DNA of 39,262 bases from NCBI RefSeq assembly GCF_001194135.2, contig NC_068998.1:14480667-14519928 (forward strand). The letters are read 5' to 3'. This DNA comes from Octopus bimaculoides. Its lineage: Eukaryota. The notes under the pieces were generated by a model. That model made no database searches. It worked only from the letters and a program-made list of their open reading frames with translations, and was not told the origin of the DNA. The translations under genes were made by a program, and so were the position numbers. Positions 35,268 through 39,262 of this stretch are shown one piece after another. Each line of letters begins with the position of its first letter. The first letter of the stretch is position 1.

Positions 35268-35363
35268 TTAGCAAACAACTTTACTCCCTACATTTTCGAT
35301 TTATGGCTTTTCTGTACACAATACAAACAACATGCACACACGCACGCACACTCTTATATATAT

Positions 35364-35779
35364 CTCTTTTACTCTTTTACTTGCTTCAGTCTTTTGACTG
35401 TGGCCATGCTGGAGCACCGCCTTTAGTCGAGCAAATCGACCCCAAGACTTATTCTTTGTAAGCCTAGTACTTATTTTCTCGGTCTCTTTTGCCGAACCGC
35501 TAAGTTATGGGGACGTAAACACACCAGCATCGGTTGTCAAGCGATGTTGTGGGGGACAATCACAGACATACAAACACATACACACACACACACATATATA
35601 CATATACATATATACGACGGGCTTCTTTTCAGTTTCCGTCTACCAAATCCACTCACAAGGCTTTGGTGGGCCCGAGGCTTTAGTAGAAGACGCTTGCCCA
35701 AGATGCCACGCAGTAGGACTGAACCCGGGACCATGTGGTTGGTAGGCAAGCTACTTACCACACAGCCACTCCTACGCCT
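35364..35779 (-). mobile_element. Full-length tRNA-derived SINE family A (octopus OK/OR-like) with internal (CA)/(TA) microsatellite
   Basis: Minus head aggcgtaggagtggctgtgtggtaag (A box TGGCTGTGTGG) ... gggttcagtcc (B box). Tail ccagcatggccacagtcaaaagactgaagcaagtaaaagag. Confidence 0.95.
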
Positions 35780-35869
35780 ATGTGCGCTATATAAGTATAC
35801 ATGAGTGAAAAGTAGATTTAAGGTTCTAATCGTTAAAAATTTAGTACTGATTACATCATATTGTGACAG

Positions 35870-36010
35870 TGAGTGGCATAGTGATTAGGGTCTTGGGCTC
35901 ATGAGTGTTAGGTCGAGGATTCGATCTCCCGACAAAGTGCTGCAATATCATTTGAGCAAAGCACTTCGTTTCAAGTTGTTCCCGTACACTCAGCTGAAAC
36001 TTCGTAACAG
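35870..36010 (+). mobile_element. Degenerate SINE family C head and CORE-like domain
   Basis: tggcatagtgattagggtc...ggattcgatctccc...ttgagcaaagcacttcgtttcaagttgttcccgtacactcagctg. Confidence 0.72.
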
Positions 36011-36159
36011 CAGTAAGTGTTATTTAAACCTTTGATGGATAAGTGTTACATTCGAATGCGAGCCCTCTGCTCTGTGTTTAAATACCTTGAGAATCCAGAT
36101 AAATATGTTTTGTGTACCTGCAGGCTAGAGGCGACAGACGTCTGTAAAGATGGGGGTGG

Positions 36160-36300
36160 GATGGGAGCTTATTTGTTACGGTGTTGGGCTAGTGTTTTCA
36201 ATTGCTGGGCCGAGTGCTGTGTTGTGTTCACGAACAAGGATTTCATTTCATATTGCTCAAGTCTACTTAACTATAACTAGAATCAGCCCAATGCTGGTGC
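36160..36300 (+). mobile_element. Second very degenerate SINE family C fragment
   Basis: gctgtgttgtgttcacgaacaaggatttcatttcatattgctcaagtctacttaactata parallels the reverse complement of 33555-33625. Confidence 0.5.
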
Positions 36301-36872
36301 AGCAAACCCCTACAGTCAAGCTCTGAATGCTTCGCTAGATCAAGGACGAGGAAGCCGAGAGAGTGTCATGTCTCCTCTTCGTTACGTAGGTACATAAAAC
36401 GAAAACATCACTACCGAAAGCATGGTACAAAACAATAAACCATACTCGTTCTAAAATGACAGCTATATTGCAATAAGGACCTAATATTTGTTATATTTCG
36501 GATGGTCATTTTGTTCTTGCCAAATAAACACACGCGCTGTATATTCGTTCTTCACCCATTTATTATTGTTCTTATTTCATCTTACGTCTATTGTCTGGAA
36601 ATCTTTCGTCACACATCCGTCATCTCTTCAGCGACTCTTCCATCCCACCTTTCTCCTGTTCTGTTTAATCCATTCTCTAATATTGATATACATCATGTTA
36701 TTTTCTCATTAAACTATTAAAAAATGTAGAGTCCTCGTGGAAAGAGAACAGGGAGTAACAGAGTGTGAAGAAATTAATTGAAAGCAACTGATGTGTGTTC
36801 GTGTTTCTTGTTAGTATGTGCGCGCGTGTGTGTGTGTGTGTGTGTGTGTTCGTGTGTGTATACACAGTTGGT

Positions 36873-37245
36873 GGTGTGGAGGCGCAATGGCCCAGTGGTT
36901 AGGGCAGCGGACTCGCGGTCATAGGATCGCGGTTTCGATTCCCAGACCAGTCGTTGTGAGTGTTTATTGAGTGAAAACACCTAAAGCTCCACAAGGCTCC
37001 GGCAGGGGATGGTGGCGAACCCTGCTGTACTCTTTCACCACAACATTCTCTCACTCTTACTTCCTCTTTCTGTTGTGCCTGTCACACTGTGTCACGTTGA
37101 ATATCCCCGAGAACTACGTTAAGGGTACACGTGTCTGTAGAGTGCTCAGCCATTTGCACGTTAATTTCACGTGCAGGCTGTTCCGTTGATCGGATCAACT
37201 GGAACCTTCGACATCGTAAGCGACGGAGTGCCAACAACAACAACA
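36873..37245 (+). mobile_element. Full-length tRNA-derived SINE family D with (CAA)n tail and 11-bp TSD
   Basis: A box TGGCCCAGTGG, B box GGTTTCGATTCC and a (CAA)n tail. Exact TSD acacagttggt at 36862-36872 and 37246-37256. Confidence 0.93.
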
Positions 37246-37748
37246 ACACAGTTGGTATACTAGAGTAAAAAAAGAAAACATAGCTGCTAATACTGTTTGT
37301 GTTGTCACCAAAGTCTAGCTTTCAATGGGAAGATACTTGAAATTATTTCCAGCTGTGATCATCCCGTGTTTTTGATAATGGAGAAAACAGCTACATTGTC
37401 GAATTTTAAAAAAAAAAGACAATGGGGATTTTATTTGATGAACAACCAATTGTTGTTCATAATATGTCAAGAGACAACTTAGATACTCCATTGTGGAGTA
37501 GTTTTGAAGATCATTGTAGTTATTCGGTCATCCCAAAAATGATGCGGTTTTTTATACTTTTATTTTTCAAAATTAAGATAAACAAAGTTCTTTTTTAATC
37601 TAAAATATATATTCTCTCATTTTCTACAATGCTCTTCCATATATCTGGTAGACTTGCAAAGCCACTAATGAGAGTGCTCTTTATCGCCTTGATCTTACAA
37701 CATAAACGTTCTGATTAGCTGTATATTTTCAACGCAGCAGAATCAATC

Positions 37749-37862
37749 TATGTATGTATGTATGTATGTATGTATGTATGTATGTATGTATGTATGTATG
37801 TATGTATGCATGCCTGTATGTATGCATCTATCTATCTATCTATCTACTTTTCTTTGTCTCTT

Positions 37863-37918
<56 letters not shown>
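37749..37918. repeat. (TATG)n, (TCTA)n, (TA)n compound microsatellite
   Basis: Direct reading. Confidence 0.96.
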
Positions 37919-37921
<3 letters not shown>

Positions 37922-37970
37922 GGTGGTGCATCAGCATGGCCGCAGCTCTGAGCTGAAACTTTGAAATGAA
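37919..37970 (+). mobile_element. SINE family A-like 3' tail fragment
   Basis: ggtggtgcatcagcatggccgcagctctgagctgaaac resembles the tail ggcggtgctccagcatggccgcagtc..gactgaaac. Confidence 0.6.
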
Positions 37971-38877
37971 ATATATATATATATATATTCATATATATAC
38001 ATACATACCTACATATATGTATGTATATGCATATGTATGTTTAATATTTGTTTTATGTATAGATATTATATAAACAAGCACAAACAAGTATCCACGAGCA
38101 GACGTACTTCTCTATCTATGTGTCTTGTTTACGGGAATATTTTTAACGCGTAATTTACCGGATATTAATTTAAAACTTGGATTTCAACGGATTTCGTCCA
38201 GTTTGACTTTCATTAACCTATAGCAAACATAGATTAACTTCTTCGGCCACATATGCCCGCACGCTTATGTTTATGTACGTGTGTGTGTGTAGGGGTGTGT
38301 ATGTGTGTGTCAGTGCGTGTGCGTATGTGTGTACTACATCTATACTACATTTATACTACATTTATACATCCTACATTTATACATATATGCATACAAAAAC
38401 ATTTCCATACATACATGCATACACCTATAAATACTTACATACATTCATTGTATGTAAGTATTCATTTTCTGTGAGAATTAAGATCTGTGTACATAGTCTC
38501 TATTCCATCTTGGTGCACGGGACTTAAGTGATAACACGTATTTAGAAATGGGATTATTTTATAAATTAGGGTGTTGATCGTGCCTCCACATATGAGCAAT
38601 GTCTTTGAATATACCACGTGAAAAAAATTTCGTTTAATTCTTAGAATGATTAAAAGCTGCAATAAAACTAATTTCCACGGATTATTCAACGACCGTATGT
38701 TGGAAATATAGCCGAAATGAATAAGGATGCAGTCATTATGATCAGGGAGACAGCAGAGATAATAGTACCCCCGAACTTTCAATTATATTTCTCAACATCT
38801 ATTATCATTCACTTGTCCTGGTCAGAGGGGGTAATGCGGGAAATGATTGTATCAAACACTCAGATTAAAAGCGTAAT

Positions 38878-38881
38878 AATC

Positions 38882-38925
<44 letters not shown>

Positions 38926-38979
38926 TATTATTATTATTATAATGATGATGATGTTAATGATGATGATGATGATGATGAT
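38878..38979. repeat. (TAA)n/(TGA)n microsatellite abutting a SINE tail
   Basis: Direct reading. Confidence 0.95.
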
Positions 38980-39186
38980 TACAAAGTTTGGAACGAGGCT
39001 AGCAATTTCGGGGCAGGAGGTAAGTCGATTACATGGACTCCAGTACTTGCTGGTACTTATTTTATCGTCTCCAAAAGGATGAAACGCAAAAACGACCGCG
39101 GCGGAATTTGAACTCAGAATGTGAAGACGGGAAGAAATACTGTTGAGCACTTTGCCCAGCGTGCTAAAGATTCTGTCAGCTCACCT
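38980..39186 (-). mobile_element. SINE family B copy
   Basis: gtcgattacatggactccagtacttgctggtacttattttatcgtctccaaaaggatgaaacgcaaaaacgaccgcggcggaatttgaactcagaatgtgaagac...gattctgtcagctcacct parallels 32925-33086. Confidence 0.9.
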
Positions 39187-39201
39187 ATAATGATAATACA
39201 A

Positions 39202-39203
<2 letters not shown>

Positions 39204-39262
<59 letters not shown>
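39204..39262. repeat. (CA)n microsatellite to window end
   Basis: Direct reading. Confidence 0.98.

Noticed and set aside
36878-36950. tRNA gene (also 33620-33689 and 35700-35779)
   Set aside because: A/B boxes are present but run directly into SINE bodies; no acceptor-stem closure is evident, and the 36878 copy has a tail and TSD.
38717-39150. Poly-Ile ORFs
   Set aside because: Translation of the (TAA)n/(TGA)n microsatellite plus SINE B.

Overview
AT-rich eukaryotic, non-genic-looking DNA from a gapped draft assembly (six N-runs, most flanked by microsatellites). The SINE families and the density of (TA)/(CA)/(GA)/(TAA) repeats strongly resemble octopus (cephalopod) genomic DNA; this is inference from remembered repeat consensus sequences, not a database search. 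I recognise no intact host gene, tRNA, rRNA or CRISPR array. Most ORFs in the supplied track are microsatellite, gap or SINE artefacts. The window is a diverse transposon graveyard. LINE relics: CR1/L2, RTE-BovB, R4/Dong-type and Hero-type (restriction-like endonuclease), possibly Tx1. Two Penelope-like (PLE) regions with inverted architecture. A Merlin (IS1595-like) transposase relic. A near-full-length D,D34D mariner plus a truncated inverted sister copy, and two copies of a MITE from a different mariner. Four tRNA-derived SINE families. The most interesting observations are a PLE reverse transcriptase split into forward and inverted halves (22950-23860), a decayed >300-codon coiled-coil ORF ending in a 25-bp-stem hairpin and facing an inverted PLE-like 3' end (12340-13710), the Merlin relic, and the inverted mariner pair. 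I cannot confirm a genuinely novel functional system from sequence alone.
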